Shown here: piece after piece, positions 12,316 through 24,249 of the stretch
Numbering within the stretch: position 1 is the stretch's first letter
How the letters are laid out: every line of letters begins with the position of its first letter
Assembly (NCBI GenBank): GCA_963716745.1
Contig: OY970320.1
Coordinates: 288,001 to 352,000 of the forward strand
Reading direction: 5' to 3'
DNA: 64,000 nt
Source of the DNA: an uncultured Gemmatimonadaceae bacterium
GTDB lineage: Bacteria; Gemmatimonadota; Gemmatimonadetes; Gemmatimonadales; Gemmatimonadaceae
Position numbers and translations under genes: made by a program
The notes under the pieces: generated by a model
The model's input: only the letters and a program-made list of their open reading frames with translations
The model's database searches: none
What the model was told of the DNA's origin: nothing

Positions 12316-13254
12316 TCAGCCGCGCGGATGGTACTGCTTGTGGACGCTACGAAGATACTCGCGATCGACGTGGGTGTAGATCTGGGTGGTGCCGATGTCG
12401 GCGTGGCCAAGCATTTCCTGCACAGCGCGCAGGTCGGCGCCGCCCTCCAGCAGATGCGTCGCGAAGGAATGGCGCAGGGTGTGCGGCGTCACCCGCTTGG
12501 CGATGCCGGCCTTCTCTACGTACTTCCGCAGGATCTTCCAGGCGCCCATCCGGGTGAGCGGCGTGCCGCGCGCGTTCAGGAAGAGCGCGCCTTTCCCGCC
12601 GCCGCGCTCGAGACGTGGCCGCAATTCGCGAACGTAGACCGCGGTCGCCGCGATCGCCCGGCGCCCGATCGGCACGAGGCGCTCCTTGCTCCCCTTGCCG
12701 AACACGCGCAGCAGACCGTCATCGAGCATCGCGTCCTTGGTGGTCACCGAGATCCATTCGGACACGCGGAGCCCCGCACCGTATGCGAGCTCCAGCATCG
12801 CACGATCGCGGAATGCGAGCGGCTCGTCGAGCGTGGGCGCCGCGAGCAGCTTCTCGACTTCGGCCACGGTGAGCACGTCGGGCAACGTGCGCCAGCGCTT
12901 CGGCGTGTCGAGCCGCTCGCTCGGATCCTCCACCACCTGCCCCTCGCCCATGAGGAACTTGTAGTAGGTGCGCACCGCGGAAACGTTGCGGCGAATGGAG
13001 GTAGGCGCCAACCCGAGATCCTTCAGCTGGTAGACGTAGTCGCGCAGCATTTGCGACGTGACGCCGGTAGGCGCGCTCGCCCCCTTGCTGCGCGCGAACA
13101 CGGCGAAGCGCGCGAGGTCGTGATCGTACGCTTCGGCCGTGGTTCGCGCGGATCCCTTCTCGAGCGCCAGGAAATCGTGGAAGCGCTCCAGCAGGAACGC
13201 GCGGCCTACGTCGTCGGCGAGCGCAGCGCGCACCGGCCTACGCGCCGGCGGCAC
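12316..13254 (-). CDS. xerD: Tyrosine recombinase XerD
   Basis: [73 protein letters not shown]-terminus. Confidence 0.93.
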   Translation of the reverse strand: MPPARRPVRAALADDVGRAFLLERFHDFLALEKGSARTTAEAYDHDLARFAVFARSKGASAPTGVTSQMLRDYVYQLKDLGLAPTSIRRNVSAVRTYYKFLMGEGQVVEDPSERLDTPKRWRTLPDVLTVAEVEKLLAAPTLDEPLAFRDRAMLELAYGAGLRVSEWISVTTKDAMLDDGLLRVFGKGSKERLVPIGRRAIAATAVYVRELRPRLERGGGKGALFLNARGTPLTRMGAWKILRKYVEKAGIAKRVTPHTLRHSFATHLLEGGADLRAVQEMLGHADIGTTQIYTHVDREYLRSVHKQYHPRG

Positions 13255-13720
13255 GGAGCGTCGCGACCGCGATGCACGCGATCCCTTCGCCGCGGCCGAT
13301 CCAGCCCATCCCTTCGTTGGTCTTGCCTTTCACGCTCACCGAGCGGAGATCGAGGCCGAGCGCACCGGCCAATGCGGCGCACATCGCCGCGCGATGCGGC
13401 GCGAGCTTGGGCCGTTCCGCGATGACGGTCACGTCCACATGCTCCAGAACGAAACCGCGCTCGCGCGCGACCGCCACGGCCGCGCGCAGCATCTCGAGCG
13501 AGTCGCGGCCGCGGTTCGCGGTGTCGGTATCGGGGAACATCGCGCCAATGTCGCCGGCGCAGGCGGCGCCGAGTACCGCGTCGGTCACGGCGTGCGCTAC
13601 GGCATCACCATCCGAATGGCCCGTGAGCGAGCGATCGAACGGGATCGTGACGCCGCCCAGGCGGAGCGAACTCCCCGGGCCGAATCGGTGGGAATCGTAG
13701 CCGATGCCAGTGCGGCTCAC
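13238..13720 (-). CDS. ispF: 2-C-methyl-D-erythritol 2,4-cyclodiphosphate synthase
   Basis: [43 protein letters not shown]. Confidence 0.95.
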   Translation of the reverse strand: MSRTGIGYDSHRFGPGSSLRLGGVTIPFDRSLTGHSDGDAVAHAVTDAVLGAACAGDIGAMFPDTDTANRGRDSLEMLRAAVAVARERGFVLEHVDVTVIAERPKLAPHRAAMCAALAGALGLDLRSVSVKGKTNEGMGWIGRGEGIACIAVATLRAAGA

Positions 13721-14754
13721 GCCGCCGCGCCAGCCGGCTGGATGATCGAGTAATCCTGGCGGCGGCGCGCCGGCGTGAAGCCCGCGTCGCGGATGAGCCG
13801 CTCCATCTCGTCGGTGGTGGTGCGGTGCGTGGTGTTCGCCGCCGAAACGACGTTCTCCTCGATCATGAGCGAGCCGAAGTCGTTGCAGCCGAACTTGAGC
13901 GCCAGCTGGCCCACCTTCATGCCCATCGTCACCCAGCTCGACTGCAGGTTCGGCACATTGTCGAGCACGATGCGCGAGATCGCGACGGTGCGCAGGTAGT
14001 CCGTCGCATCGGTCTTCTGCATGTGCGACATCGTGGGCGTGTTCTCGGGCTGCAGCGGCCAGCAGATGAAGGCGGTGAAGCCACCGGTACGCGCCTGGAG
14101 CGCCCGCACGCGCTCGAGATGCTCCATCCGCTCCGCGAGCGTCTCGCCAATGCCGTACATCATGGTGACGGAGCTCTTCAGCCCCTCGCCGTGCGCGATC
14201 TCCATGATCTCGAGCCAGCGGTCGGCGCCGGCCTTCTTCTTCGCGACGAGATCGCGCACGCGCTGCACGAGGATCTCGCCGCCACCGCCGGGGATCGAGT
14301 CGAGGCCGGCCGCGCGCAACTCGCGGATCACTTCCACCGCTTCCATGCGGAACACCTTCGCGAAGAAATCCACTTCGCTCGGGCTGAAGCCGTGGATATG
14401 GATCGGGTGATACTGCTTGATGTAGCGCATCAACCCCAGATACCACTCGAACGGGATGTACGGATTGTGTCCGCCCTGGATCAGGATCTGGACGCCACCG
14501 AGCGCCTTGGCCTCGTCGATCTTCGCGCCGATCTGCTCGTACGAGAGCGTGTAGCCCTGGTCGTGCTTCGGCCGCCGGTAGAACGCGCAGAATCCGCAGT
14601 CGGCTACACACACGTTCGTGTAGTTGATGTTGCGGTCCACGATGTACGTGACGATGCCGTGCGGATGCCGGGCGAGGCGCACACGATCGGCCTCGGCGCC
14701 GAGATCAACCAACGGCGCGTTCGTGTAGAAGTCGAGAAGATCGCGCGTGGGCAT
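13717..14754 (-). CDS. mqnC: Cyclic dehypoxanthinyl futalosine synthase (radical SAM)
   Basis: DRNINYTNVCVADCGFC, QGGHNP, HGFSPSE, PGGGGEIL, QSSWVT, DFGSLMIEENVV. Confidence 0.93.
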   Translation of the reverse strand: MPTRDLLDFYTNAPLVDLGAEADRVRLARHPHGIVTYIVDRNINYTNVCVADCGFCAFYRRPKHDQGYTLSYEQIGAKIDEAKALGGVQILIQGGHNPYIPFEWYLGLMRYIKQYHPIHIHGFSPSEVDFFAKVFRMEAVEVIRELRAAGLDSIPGGGGEILVQRVRDLVAKKKAGADRWLEIMEIAHGEGLKSSVTMMYGIGETLAERMEHLERVRALQARTGGFTAFICWPLQPENTPTMSHMQKTDATDYLRTVAISRIVLDNVPNLQSSWVTMGMKVGQLALKFGCNDFGSLMIEENVVSAANTTHRTTTDEMERLIRDAGFTPARRRQDYSIIQPAGAAA

Positions 14755-15575
14755 CAGGCGGCCGGGAGGAAGGCGAGCGAGCCGTCGGGCACGCGTCCCG
14801 CGCTGGCGAGCCGGCGGAAGAAATCGGTGAGCCCGGCGAGATGCGCGTAGGAGAGGCGATAGTCGAGTCCGGACAGGTACTCGGCGCACAGGCGGCGCGC
14901 GACGCCGGTGGTGGCTGCGGCCTGCTCCGCGAGCAGATCCAGATGGGCGAGTCCCCAATCGCGCGACTCGATGAGGCGCGCATGCACGCGAAGCGCGTCG
15001 CTCACCGGCGTGCTGCGGAGCGACACCCACACGGCGAACACGAACGGCAGGCCCGTCCACTTCTTCCACTCCGCGCCCAGATCGTAGACGAACGGATAGC
15101 GGTCCGACGCCGCGAGCTGCAGCGCCGCATCGCCGATCACGAGTCGCGCATCGTGCGCGGGCTGCGCGGCGCCGGCGAGGTCGGTGTGTTCGGCGTCCGC
15201 CGCCGCGAAATCCGGCTCGGCACGCCACACGTGCTCGAACAGCAGCTTGAGCAGCGCGACGCTCGTCATCGAACTGCGCGAGAGCAGCACGCGCGCGCGA
15301 TCGAGGTCACCGGCCGGGCGGTTCGAGAAGAGCAGCACGCTGCGCACGGGGCCGTCCGACGTGATCGCGAGATCGGGCAGCAGCAGATAGCGGTCGGCGT
15401 TGCTCGCGTATTCCACCGCGGACACGACGCTCACATCGAGGTCGCCCGCCGCCGTGAGCGCGTTCAGCGCGCTCGGCACGCCATCCACGAGCGTGGCATC
15501 CAGCGGCACGATGCCGCGATCGATGGCTCCGTACACCGGGTAGCAGTTGATGTAGGGGATGCGTCCGACGCGCAT
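14754..15575 (-). CDS. mqnA: Chorismate dehydratase (futalosine pathway)
   Basis: MRVGRIPYINCYP, DGPVRSV, SMTSVAL, LVIGDAAL, DLGAEWKKWTGLPFVFAVW. Confidence 0.92.
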   Translation of the reverse strand: MRVGRIPYINCYPVYGAIDRGIVPLDATLVDGVPSALNALTAAGDLDVSVVSAVEYASNADRYLLLPDLAITSDGPVRSVLLFSNRPAGDLDRARVLLSRSSMTSVALLKLLFEHVWRAEPDFAAADAEHTDLAGAAQPAHDARLVIGDAALQLAASDRYPFVYDLGAEWKKWTGLPFVFAVWVSLRSTPVSDALRVHARLIESRDWGLAHLDLLAEQAAATTGVARRLCAEYLSGLDYRLSYAHLAGLTDFFRRLASAGRVPDGSLAFLPAA

Positions 15576-15576
15576 G

Positions 15577-16732
15577 CTACGCCGCCTCGGCCGCGGCCGG
15601 ATCGAAGGCACGGAGCGTGTGATAGAACGAATCGCGCTCCACCGGCACCCGCCCTGCCCCGCGGATGAGCCGCAGCAGTTCGTCGAGCGTCATGGCCTGG
15701 GCCGTGTGCGCGCCGGCCTCGTGGTAGATCTTCTCGCGCACGACGGTGCCCTCGAGATCGTTCGCGCCGAAGGTGAGCGCGACCTGCGAGAGCGCCGGCG
15801 TCACCATGATCCAGTGCGTCTTGATGTGCGCAATGTTGTCGAGGAAGAGGCGGCCGACGGCGATGTTGCGTAGATCATCGAAGCCGGTGGTCGCGGTGCC
15901 GGTGCGGCCGAGCGTTTCGCCGAGTTCGTTGTGATCGGGATGATACGCGAGCGGGATGTAGGCGAGGAACCCGCCGGTCTCATCCTGCAGAGCTGCGCAG
16001 CATCGCGAGGTGCTCCACGCGGTCCTCCATGCTCTCGACATGGCCATAGAGCATCGTGCAATTCGAGCGAATGCCCATGTTGTGCGCCACGCGATGCACT
16101 CCGATCCACTCCTCCGCGCTCAACTTGCGGTCGGCGATCGTGGCGCGCACGCCTTTCGAGAAGACTTCCGCGCCCCCGCCGGGCAGCGTGTCGAGACCGG
16201 CCTCGCGCAGATGCGAGAGCACCGCTTCGACGCTCATCTTCTCGATGCGCGCGATGTGCGCGATCTCCACCGCGGTGAGCGCCTTGATGTGCACGTCGGG
16301 GCGGCGTGCCTTGAGGCCGCGGAACATGTCGGCGTAGTACTCGAGGCCCGCCTTCATGTCGAGTCCGCCCACGATGTGGAACTCACGCACGTACTCGTTC
16401 GCATCGGCCTCGGCGTACACCTGGTCGAGCGTATAGCGATACGCCCCCTCTTCCTTCGGCAGCCGTGCGTACGAGCAGAAAACGCAGGTCTTCCGCAGCG
16501 TGCAAATGTTCGTCGGATTGATATGCTGGTTCGCGGCGAAGTACACGCGCGTCCCGTGCTGTGCGCGCGTGGCGGCATCGGCCATGGCGCCGATCGCGAG
16601 AAGGTCCGGCGACTTGAACAGCGTGACCGCATCGGCCTCGGTGAGCCGCTCGCCGGCGCGCACCTTGGCGGCGATGGGGCGCAGCGCGGGATCGGTCACG
16701 CGCGCGGGATCGACCATCGCCGGAGACGGCAC
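15577..16732 (-). CDS. mqnE: Aminofutalosine synthase (radical SAM; one-base insertion near 15992)
   Basis: HINPTNIC, EFHIVGG, HIKALTAVEI, PGGGAEVF, TMLYGHVE, LQDETGGF, HIKTHW, EKIYHEAGA, PVERDS. Confidence 0.9.
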
Positions 16733-17976
<1,244 letters not shown>

Positions 17977-17977
<1 letters not shown>

Positions 17978-18213
17978 TACGCCGTCTTGCTCTTCAAGTA
18001 GTTCAACGCGTCACCCACCGTGCGGAGCTTCTCCGCATCTTCATCGGGGATGTCGATGTTGAATTCCTTCTCGAACTCCATCACCAGCTCGACGGTGTCC
18101 AGACTGTCCGCGCCGAGATCCTCCATGAAGCTCGCGTCGTTCGTCAGCTTCTCGCGCTCGACGCCGAGCTCCTTCGCGATGATCTCCTTGACCTTCTCTT
18201 CTGTTGCCGCCAT
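17977..18213 (-). CDS. acpP: Acyl carrier protein
   Basis: [14 protein letters not shown]. Confidence 0.98.
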
Positions 18214-18250
18214 GGCCGTGATCCTCGAATGATGGAAAAGGGAATGCTGA

Positions 18251-18278
18251 AATGTACCCGAATGAGCGAGCGTTTCAA
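18251..18278 (-). promoter_or_regulatory. Putative sigma-70-type promoter for acpP
   Basis: TTGAAA-16 bp-TACATT on the minus strand in the fabG-acpP gap. Confidence 0.45.
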
Positions 18279-18280
18279 TC

Positions 18281-19018
18281 TCACATGACCATGCCGCCGT
18301 CCACGACGAGCACCTGCCCGGTAATGTAGCTCGCGTGCTCGGAGGCCAGGAACGCGACCGCCGACGCGATGTCGCCGGGCGCGCCGAGCCGCGCGAGCGG
18401 GATCTGCGATTGCAGCGCCTCGCGGGCCTCGGGCGTGAGCGCGGCCGTCATGTCCGTCTCGATGAAGCCCGGCGCGACGGCGTTCACGAGGATGTTGCGC
18501 GAGGCCAGCTCCTTCGCCACGGACTTCGTGAGACCGATCAGCCCCGCCTTGCTCGCGGCATAGTTGGCCTGCCCCGCGTTGCCGGTGATCCCCACCACGC
18601 TCGTGATATTGATGATCCGCCCCCAGCGGCGCTTCATCATACCGCGCGTCGCGGCGCGCATCGTGGCGAAGGCGCCCTTGAGGTTGGCGTCGAGCACGGC
18701 GTTCCAGTCATCGTCCTTCAGGCGCATGAGCAGGTTGTCGCGCGTGAGCCCCGCGTTGTTCACGAGGATGTCGAGGGAGCCGAACGCCGCCTCGACATCC
18801 GCCACGAGCTTGGCGACCTGCGCCGCATCGCTCACGTCGCACGCGAACCCCTGTGCGCCCCCGCCGATCGCGGTCGCGGCCTCGGCGGCGCGGGAGGCCT
18901 CGCGTCCTACAACAGCCACCTTTGCGCCACACTCGGTGAGCGTCGCGGCGATGCCGCGCCCGATCCCGCGCGTGCTGCCCGTGACCAGCGCGATGCGCCC
19001 CGTGAGATCGATCTTCAT
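18281..19018 (-). CDS. fabG: 3-oxoacyl-ACP reductase
   Basis: [35 protein letters not shown]. Confidence 0.96.
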   Translation of the reverse strand: MKIDLTGRIALVTGSTRGIGRGIAATLTECGAKVAVVGREASRAAEAATAIGGGAQGFACDVSDAAQVAKLVADVEAAFGSLDILVNNAGLTRDNLLMRLKDDDWNAVLDANLKGAFATMRAATRGMMKRRWGRIINITSVVGITGNAGQANYAASKAGLIGLTKSVAKELASRNILVNAVAPGFIETDMTAALTPEAREALQSQIPLARLGAPGDIASAVAFLASEHASYITGQVLVVDGGMVM

Positions 19019-19959
19019 GCGGCCACCCGCTGGCGGAGTTGTTCGATGTCGGCCGCGGTGCCGCATGCTGCCGTTTCCGCGCCAGGCACGATGCGCTTCA
19101 CGAGATTCGCGAGCACGCTGCCGGGACCGAGCTCCACGAAGAGCGCTCCAGGCACGGCCGCCGCGATCGCGCGCACCTCGGCGGTCCAGCGCACGGGTGA
19201 CGTGAGCTGTTCGCGCAGCAGTCGCGTAGCGTCGGCCGCGACGGTGACCGGCGCGGCGCTCACGTTCGAGAAGACCGGGAACGCGGGCGCCTTCGCGCCC
19301 GACGCGTCGAGCGCCGACTGCAGCCCCGCGCCCGCGCTCGCCATGAGTGGCGAATGGAACGCGCCGCTCACATTCAGGCGCAGCGCGCGCTTGGCGCCCT
19401 TCGTCTTGGCGAGCTCCATGGCCTTCTCCACCGCCGCGACATCGCCCGAGATCACGAGCTGCTCCGGCGTGTTGTAGTTCGCGGGCACGACCACGCCGCC
19501 GGTCGCCGCGGCCGCCTCGCTGCACGACGATTCCACGCCCGCCTCATCGAGTCCGAGGATCGCCGCCATGGCGCCGGGTATCTTCGTGCCGCTGTCGGCC
19601 ATCAGCTCGCCACGCTTCCGCACCACGCGCAGCGCTTCGGCCAGCCCGAACGTGCCGGCCGCGAAGTACGCGGTGAACTCGCCGAGTGAATGGCCGGCCG
19701 CGGCTTTCACGCGCGGCCGCAGCCACTCGTGCGCGACCGCCCACGCCGCCGCGCCGTGCGCGAGCAGCGCCGGCTGCGCATTCTGGGTGGCGGTGAGGTC
19801 GGCCTCGGGGCCTTCGAAGCAGAGCTTCGATAGCGGCATCGCGAGCGCCTTGTCGGCGGCGTCGAACACGGCGCGCGCCGCGGGGAATGCCTCGGCGAGG
19901 TCCTTGCCCATGCCGGGCTTCTGAGAGCCCTGCCCTGGAAAGAGCAGCACGATGTTCAC
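19015..19959 (-). CDS. fabD: Malonyl CoA-ACP transacylase
   Basis: FPGQGSQ, GHSLGE, VSGAFHS; GTG start. Confidence 0.96.
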   Translation of the reverse strand: MNIVLLFPGQGSQKPGMGKDLAEAFPAARAVFDAADKALAMPLSKLCFEGPEADLTATQNAQPALLAHGAAAWAVAHEWLRPRVKAAAGHSLGEFTAYFAAGTFGLAEALRVVRKRGELMADSGTKIPGAMAAILGLDEAGVESSCSEAAAATGGVVVPANYNTPEQLVISGDVAAVEKAMELAKTKGAKRALRLNVSGAFHSPLMASAGAGLQSALDASGAKAPAFPVFSNVSAAPVTVAADATRLLREQLTSPVRWTAEVRAIAAAVPGALFVELGPGSVLANLVKRIVPGAETAACGTAADIEQLRQRVAA

Positions 19960-19976
19960 CGGAGCGGCGGACGCGA

Positions 19977-20966
19977 TCAGAACCGAATGACCATCGAGGC
20001 CCACGTGAAGCCCGCGCCGAAGGCGGCGAGCAGCACCGTGGAGCCCTCTTTCACGCGACCTTCTTCGATCAGTTCGTCGATCGAGATCGGGATCGAGGCC
20101 GACGACGTGTTGCCGTAGCGATCCACGTTCACGTACACCTTGTCCATCGAAATGCCCGCGTGCTTGGCCGTCGCCTCGATGATCCGCACGTTGGCCTGGT
20201 GCGGGATCAGGAGATCGATGTCCTTGCCCGTGAGCCGCGCGCCGTCGAGCGCACGATCGGCGGCGTCGGACATCGAGCGCACCGCGTGCTTGAACACCTC
20301 GCGCCCCGCCATCTTCACGAGATGCGAGCGGTCCGCGAGCACCTTCTCGGACATCGGGATCGTCGCGCCACCGGCGGGCCGGTACAGGAGTTCGGCGAGC
20401 GTGCCGTCGCTGCGCATGTACGTGGACAGGATCCCGCGTCCCTTCGCCGCGCGCTTGAGCACCGTGGCGCCCGCGCCGTCGCCGAAGAGCACGCAGGTCG
20501 CGCGGTCGGTCCAGTCGACGATGGAGCTCATTTTCTCGGAGGCGATCACGAGCACGGTCTCCGCGGCGCCGCTATGGATCAGTCCCTCGCCCACGGTGAG
20601 CCCGTAGAGCCAGCCCGAGCAGGCGGCCGAGAGATCGAACGCGGCCGCGCGCGTCGCGCCGAGCGCGGCCTGGATGTCGGCGGCGGTGGCCGGGAGCAGC
20701 CGGTCGGGCGTCGCGGTGCTCAGGATGATCACGTCCACTTCCCCGGGCAGCACACCGGCGCGCTCCATCGCGATGCGCGCCGCCGCGGCGCCCATGTGGC
20801 ACGTGGTCTCTGACGCCTCTGCGATGTGCCGCTCCGAGATGCCGGTGCGCTCCATCACCCACTCGTGCGTGGTCTCAATGCCGATGGCCGCGAAGTCATA
20901 GTTCGTCATGACTCTCGGCGGTACCGACTTCCCGATGCTCATGAGCTGCGCGTAGGGGCGCCTCAT
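19977..20966 (-). CDS. fabH: Beta-ketoacyl-ACP synthase III
   Basis: AACSG, FGDGAGA, PHQAN.RII, YGNTSSAS, FGAGFTW. Confidence 0.96.
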   Translation of the reverse strand: MRRPYAQLMSIGKSVPPRVMTNYDFAAIGIETTHEWVMERTGISERHIAEASETTCHMGAAAARIAMERAGVLPGEVDVIILSTATPDRLLPATAADIQAALGATRAAAFDLSAACSGWLYGLTVGEGLIHSGAAETVLVIASEKMSSIVDWTDRATCVLFGDGAGATVLKRAAKGRGILSTYMRSDGTLAELLYRPAGGATIPMSEKVLADRSHLVKMAGREVFKHAVRSMSDAADRALDGARLTGKDIDLLIPHQANVRIIEATAKHAGISMDKVYVNVDRYGNTSSASIPISIDELIEEGRVKEGSTVLLAAFGAGFTWASMVIRF

Positions 20967-21980
20967 GCCGGGTGGCTCCCGTGGCCGAGCTTGTGGCCGA
21001 TGTGTTCGTCCATGCTCGACTCGATCGCGCGCAGGGCCACGCCAATGGCGTTCTTGATCGCGCGCGGCGAGGACCGGCCGTGCGAGATGATGCTGATGCC
21101 GTTCACGCCGAGGAGCGGCGCACCGCCGTAATCGGAGTAGTCGAATCCCTTGAACGCGGCGGCGAGCGTTTCCTTCGCGACGCCGCTGCTCGCGAGCTTG
21201 CCGAAGATGAGCGCGGGCACCGACTCGTAGAACTTGAGCAGCACGTTGCCCACGAACCCGTCGCACACGACCACGTCCACCTTGCCGCGCGCCGAGCCGC
21301 CCGTGAGGATGTCGCGCCCCTCGATGTTCCCCGCGAAGTTGAGATCGCTCTTCGCGAGCAGCTGGTGCGCTTCCTTCACGACCGCGTTCCCCTTCTCCGC
21401 TTCTTCACCGATCGAGAGGAGGCCGACGGCGGGATTCGCGCGGCCGAGCACATCCTCGGCGTACACGGCGCCGAGCCGCGCGAACTGGAGGAGCTCGTCG
21501 GCCGAGCAATCGACGTTGGCGCCCGAGTCGAGCAGCACCACCGGCGCGCTCATCGTGGGGAGCAGGGTGACGATCGGGGGGCGGTTGACGCCGTCATGCA
21601 GCTTGAGCAGGTAGACCGAGGCGGCCATCTGCGCGCCGGTGTTGCCGGCGGAGACGAACGCATCCGTTTTCCCCTCGGCGTGCATCTCTGATGCCGATCG
21701 TCATCGAACTCTTCGGCTTCCCGCGGATGGCGGCGGTGGGCTTGTCCGTCATCTCGATGACATCGGGCGCATCGATCACTTCGATGCGCGCGCGCTGCGC
21801 TGCGAGATGCTTGAGCTCGCCGGCGAGCTGCCGGTCGAGCTCCGCGTTGATCACCTCGGAGCGGCCGACCAATTGGAGGCTGTGCGCCGCCGGAAGATCG
21901 GCGAGCGCGAGCAAGGCACCCGCGACGGGCGCTTGGGGGGCGAGATCTCCCCCCATCGCATCCAACGCGATGCGCGCCAA
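20963..21980 (-). CDS. plsX: Phosphate acyltransferase PlsX (one-base insertion near 21688)
   Basis: IALDAMGGD.AP, then in the shifted frame SAGNTGA, LDSGAN, GEEAEKG, VCDGFVGN, GAPLLG...HGRS. Confidence 0.93.
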
Positions 21981-21981
21981 G

Positions 21982-22164
21982 CTAGCTGACCTTGGCCTCG
22001 ATCCGCTGCGCGCCGTCGTAGTAGCCGCACTCACCGCACACGCGGTGCGGGCGCTTCATGGCGTGACAGCGCGGACACTCCTGGATCACGATCGCCGGCG
22101 CCTTCTTGTGGGTGTTGCGCGCGCGCTTCTTGCGCTTGGAAGTGCGTCTCTTGGGTACGGCCAT
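21982..22164 (-). CDS. rpmF: 50S ribosomal protein L32 (zinc-binding type)
   Basis: MAVPKRRTSK...CPRC...HRVCGECGYY. Confidence 0.97.
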   Translation of the reverse strand: MAVPKRRTSKRKKRARNTHKKAPAIVIQECPRCHAMKRPHRVCGECGYYDGAQRIEAKVS

Positions 22165-22188
22165 GTCAGTTCACGAAATTGAAAAGGT

Positions 22189-22708
22189 TCACCGCGGTCC
22201 TGAAGCGTGGCGGACGGTCCGCAACGCGTCCCAGCGGCTGTCGGTCTCGGCCTTACAGTTGCACGGTCCGGCGTTCCAATCGGCGCCGCACCGCGGGCAC
22301 AGGCCCTTGCAGTCGTCGCGGCACAGGAAGAATTCGGGCGCGGCGAGCAGCCACTGCTCGCGCACGGCCGGACTCAGGTCGAGCGAGAGCGCGCGCGGCG
22401 GGATCTGATACGCGTCCGGATCGTCCGCGACCTCCTCGTCGCTCTTCTCCGACGTACAGCACATGCACATCCTCCCGCACCGCGTCGCGCGCATCGGTGA
22501 GACAGCGGCGGCACGAGCCGGACGCTTCGCCCTCGATGTGCCCGCTCCAGTAGTACCTGCCCGGGCCCGCCTTGGAGAGCCGGCCGGTGGCATGCACGCC
22601 GCCTTCCGGCCGCGCATCGCCCGCCTGCCACACCGGATCATCGGCGGCAAGCCGGCCGTCCACCGTGGCGGCATTGCGTTCGAGATCGCGGAGGTCGAAG
22701 GAGAGCAT
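22189..22708 (-). CDS. yceD: DUF177/YceD family protein (one-base insertion near 22450)
   Basis: CRRCL, then in the shifted frame LDL...LCRDDCKGLCPRCG...C.C...DSRWDAL; directly upstream of rpmF. Confidence 0.88.
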
Positions 22709-22716
22709 AACCCTTG

Positions 22717-22746
22717 AATCTACTTGGACATGGGCACTTGGGTCAA
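22717..22746 (-). promoter_or_regulatory. Putative sigma-70-type promoter for the yceD-rpmF-plsX-fab operon
   Basis: TTGACC-18 bp-TAGATT, with 8 nt between the -10 box and the yceD ATG. Confidence 0.5.
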
Positions 22747-22799
22747 GCGCGGCCGATGTCCGATGTCATGCATGGTACGACTATCCACAAAAAACTGCT

Positions 22800-22887
22800 T
22801 TGACAGGATTAACATGATTCAAATGACGGTGACAGGGCCGGTCTGCGCCCGGGATTCACATCAGTTCAAGCATGTTCATCCTGTCAA
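22800..22887. repeat. Imperfect inverted repeat with 27-bp arms and 9-bp periodicity, downstream of ndk
   Basis: ttgacaggattaacatgattcaaatga versus reverse complement of the right arm ttgacaggatgaacatgcttgaactga (4 mismatches). Confidence 0.8.
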
Positions 22888-22913
22888 GCGGTTGTTGCCG
22901 TCTCGAGTGCCGG

Positions 22914-23343
22914 TCAGCGCGCGGCGAGCACGTCCGATTCGGAGAAGAAGAAGCGCGCCTCGCGCTCCGCGTTCTCGTCGGAGTCGGACGCGTGGATCGC
23001 GTTCCGCTCCTTCGACTCGGCGAACAATTTGCGCACTGTGCCGGCATCGGCCTGCGCCGGATCGGTGGCGCCGATCGCGGTCCGGAGCGCGGCGACCGCG
23101 TCGGGCTTCTCGAGCAGCATCGGCATGCATGGGGCCCGACGTCATGAACGCCGTGAGCGATTGGTAGAAGGGGCGCTCGCGGTGCACCGCGTAGAATTCG
23201 CCCGCCTGCGCCGGAGTGAGGAGCATCACGCGCGAGGCGAGCACGCGGAAGCCCTGCGCTTCGAGATGGGCGAGGATCTTCCCCGCCTTGCCCGTCGCGA
23301 AGGCGTCGGGCTTGATGATCGTGAGAGTGCGATTGCCGGCCAT
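22914..23343 (-). CDS. ndk: Nucleoside-diphosphate kinase (one-base insertion near 23132)
   Basis: [20 protein letters not shown], then IGATDP...GTVR...NAIHASDS. Confidence 0.94.
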
Positions 23344-23376
23344 GTGCCAGTTTCGGAGAGAAGTTGAGTCGAGCGG

Positions 23377-24249
23377 CTACGTGAGCCGCTCGCGAATGAG
23401 CTGCACGAAATCCATCGGGCGCTGGGCGACGCCCATCCCTGCATCCTTGAACGCCTCGATCTTCTCGGCGGCGGTGCCCGCCGACCCGGAGATGATCGCG
23501 CCGGCGTGTCCCATGCGGCGGCCCGGCGGCGCCGTCTGCCCGGCGATGAATCCGACCACCGGTTTCTTCATATGCTCTTTCACGAAGCGCGCGGCCTCCT
23601 GCTCGTCCGTGCCGCCGATCTCGCCCATCATCGCGACCGCTTTCGTGGCCGGATCCTTCTCGAACGCCGCCAGGCAGTCGATGAAGTTGGTGCCGTTGAT
23701 CGGATCGCCGCCGATGCCGACGCAGGTGGTCTGCCCGATGCCGGCGCGCGTGAGCTGGTACACGATCTCGTAGGTGAGCGTGCCGGAGCGGCTCACGACG
23801 CCCACCGGGCCCGCGGTGCAGATCCGGCCCGGAATGATGCCCACCTTGCTCGCGCCGGGCGTGATGAGCCCGGGACAATTCGGACCGATCAGGCGCGCGC
23901 CGCGTTCCTTCACGTACGGGTACACGCGCGTCATGTCGAGCACGGGCACGCCTTCGGTGATGCACACGATGAGCGCAACGCCCGCGGCGGCCGCTTCCAT
24001 CATCGCGTCCGCCGCGAAGGGCGGCGGCACGTAGATGACGCTGGTGTTCGCGCCCGTCGCGCGCACCGCGTCGGCCACGGTGTCGAAGATCGGTACGGAG
24101 TCCTCGAACTTCTGGCCACCCTTTCCCGGCGTGATGCCGCCGACGACTCTCGTGCCGTACTCCATCATCTGCTTGGTGTGGAACGAGCCGTCGCGGCCCG
24201 TGATCCCCTGCACCAGCAGCTTGGTATTCTTGTCGACGAAGATGCTCAC
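23377..24249 (-). CDS. sucD: Succinyl-CoA ligase alpha subunit
   Basis: [34 protein letters not shown]. Confidence 0.97.
   Translation of the reverse strand: MSIFVDKNTKLLVQGITGRDGSFHTKQMMEYGTRVVGGITPGKGGQKFEDSVPIFDTVADAVRATGANTSVIYVPPPFAADAMMEAAAAGVALIVCITEGVPVLDMTRVYPYVKERGARLIGPNCPGLITPGASKVGIIPGRICTAGPVGVVSRSGTLTYEIVYQLTRAGIGQTTCVGIGGDPINGTNFIDCLAAFEKDPATKAVAMMGEIGGTDEQEAARFVKEHMKKPVVGFIAGQTAPPGRRMGHAGAIISGSAGTAAEKIEAFKDAGMGVAQRPMDFVQLIRERLT

Noticed and set aside
12316..13254. Tyrosine recombinase as an island or prophage integrase
   Set aside because: Motifs match housekeeping XerD, it is embedded among core genes, and I saw no att sites, tRNA or cargo.
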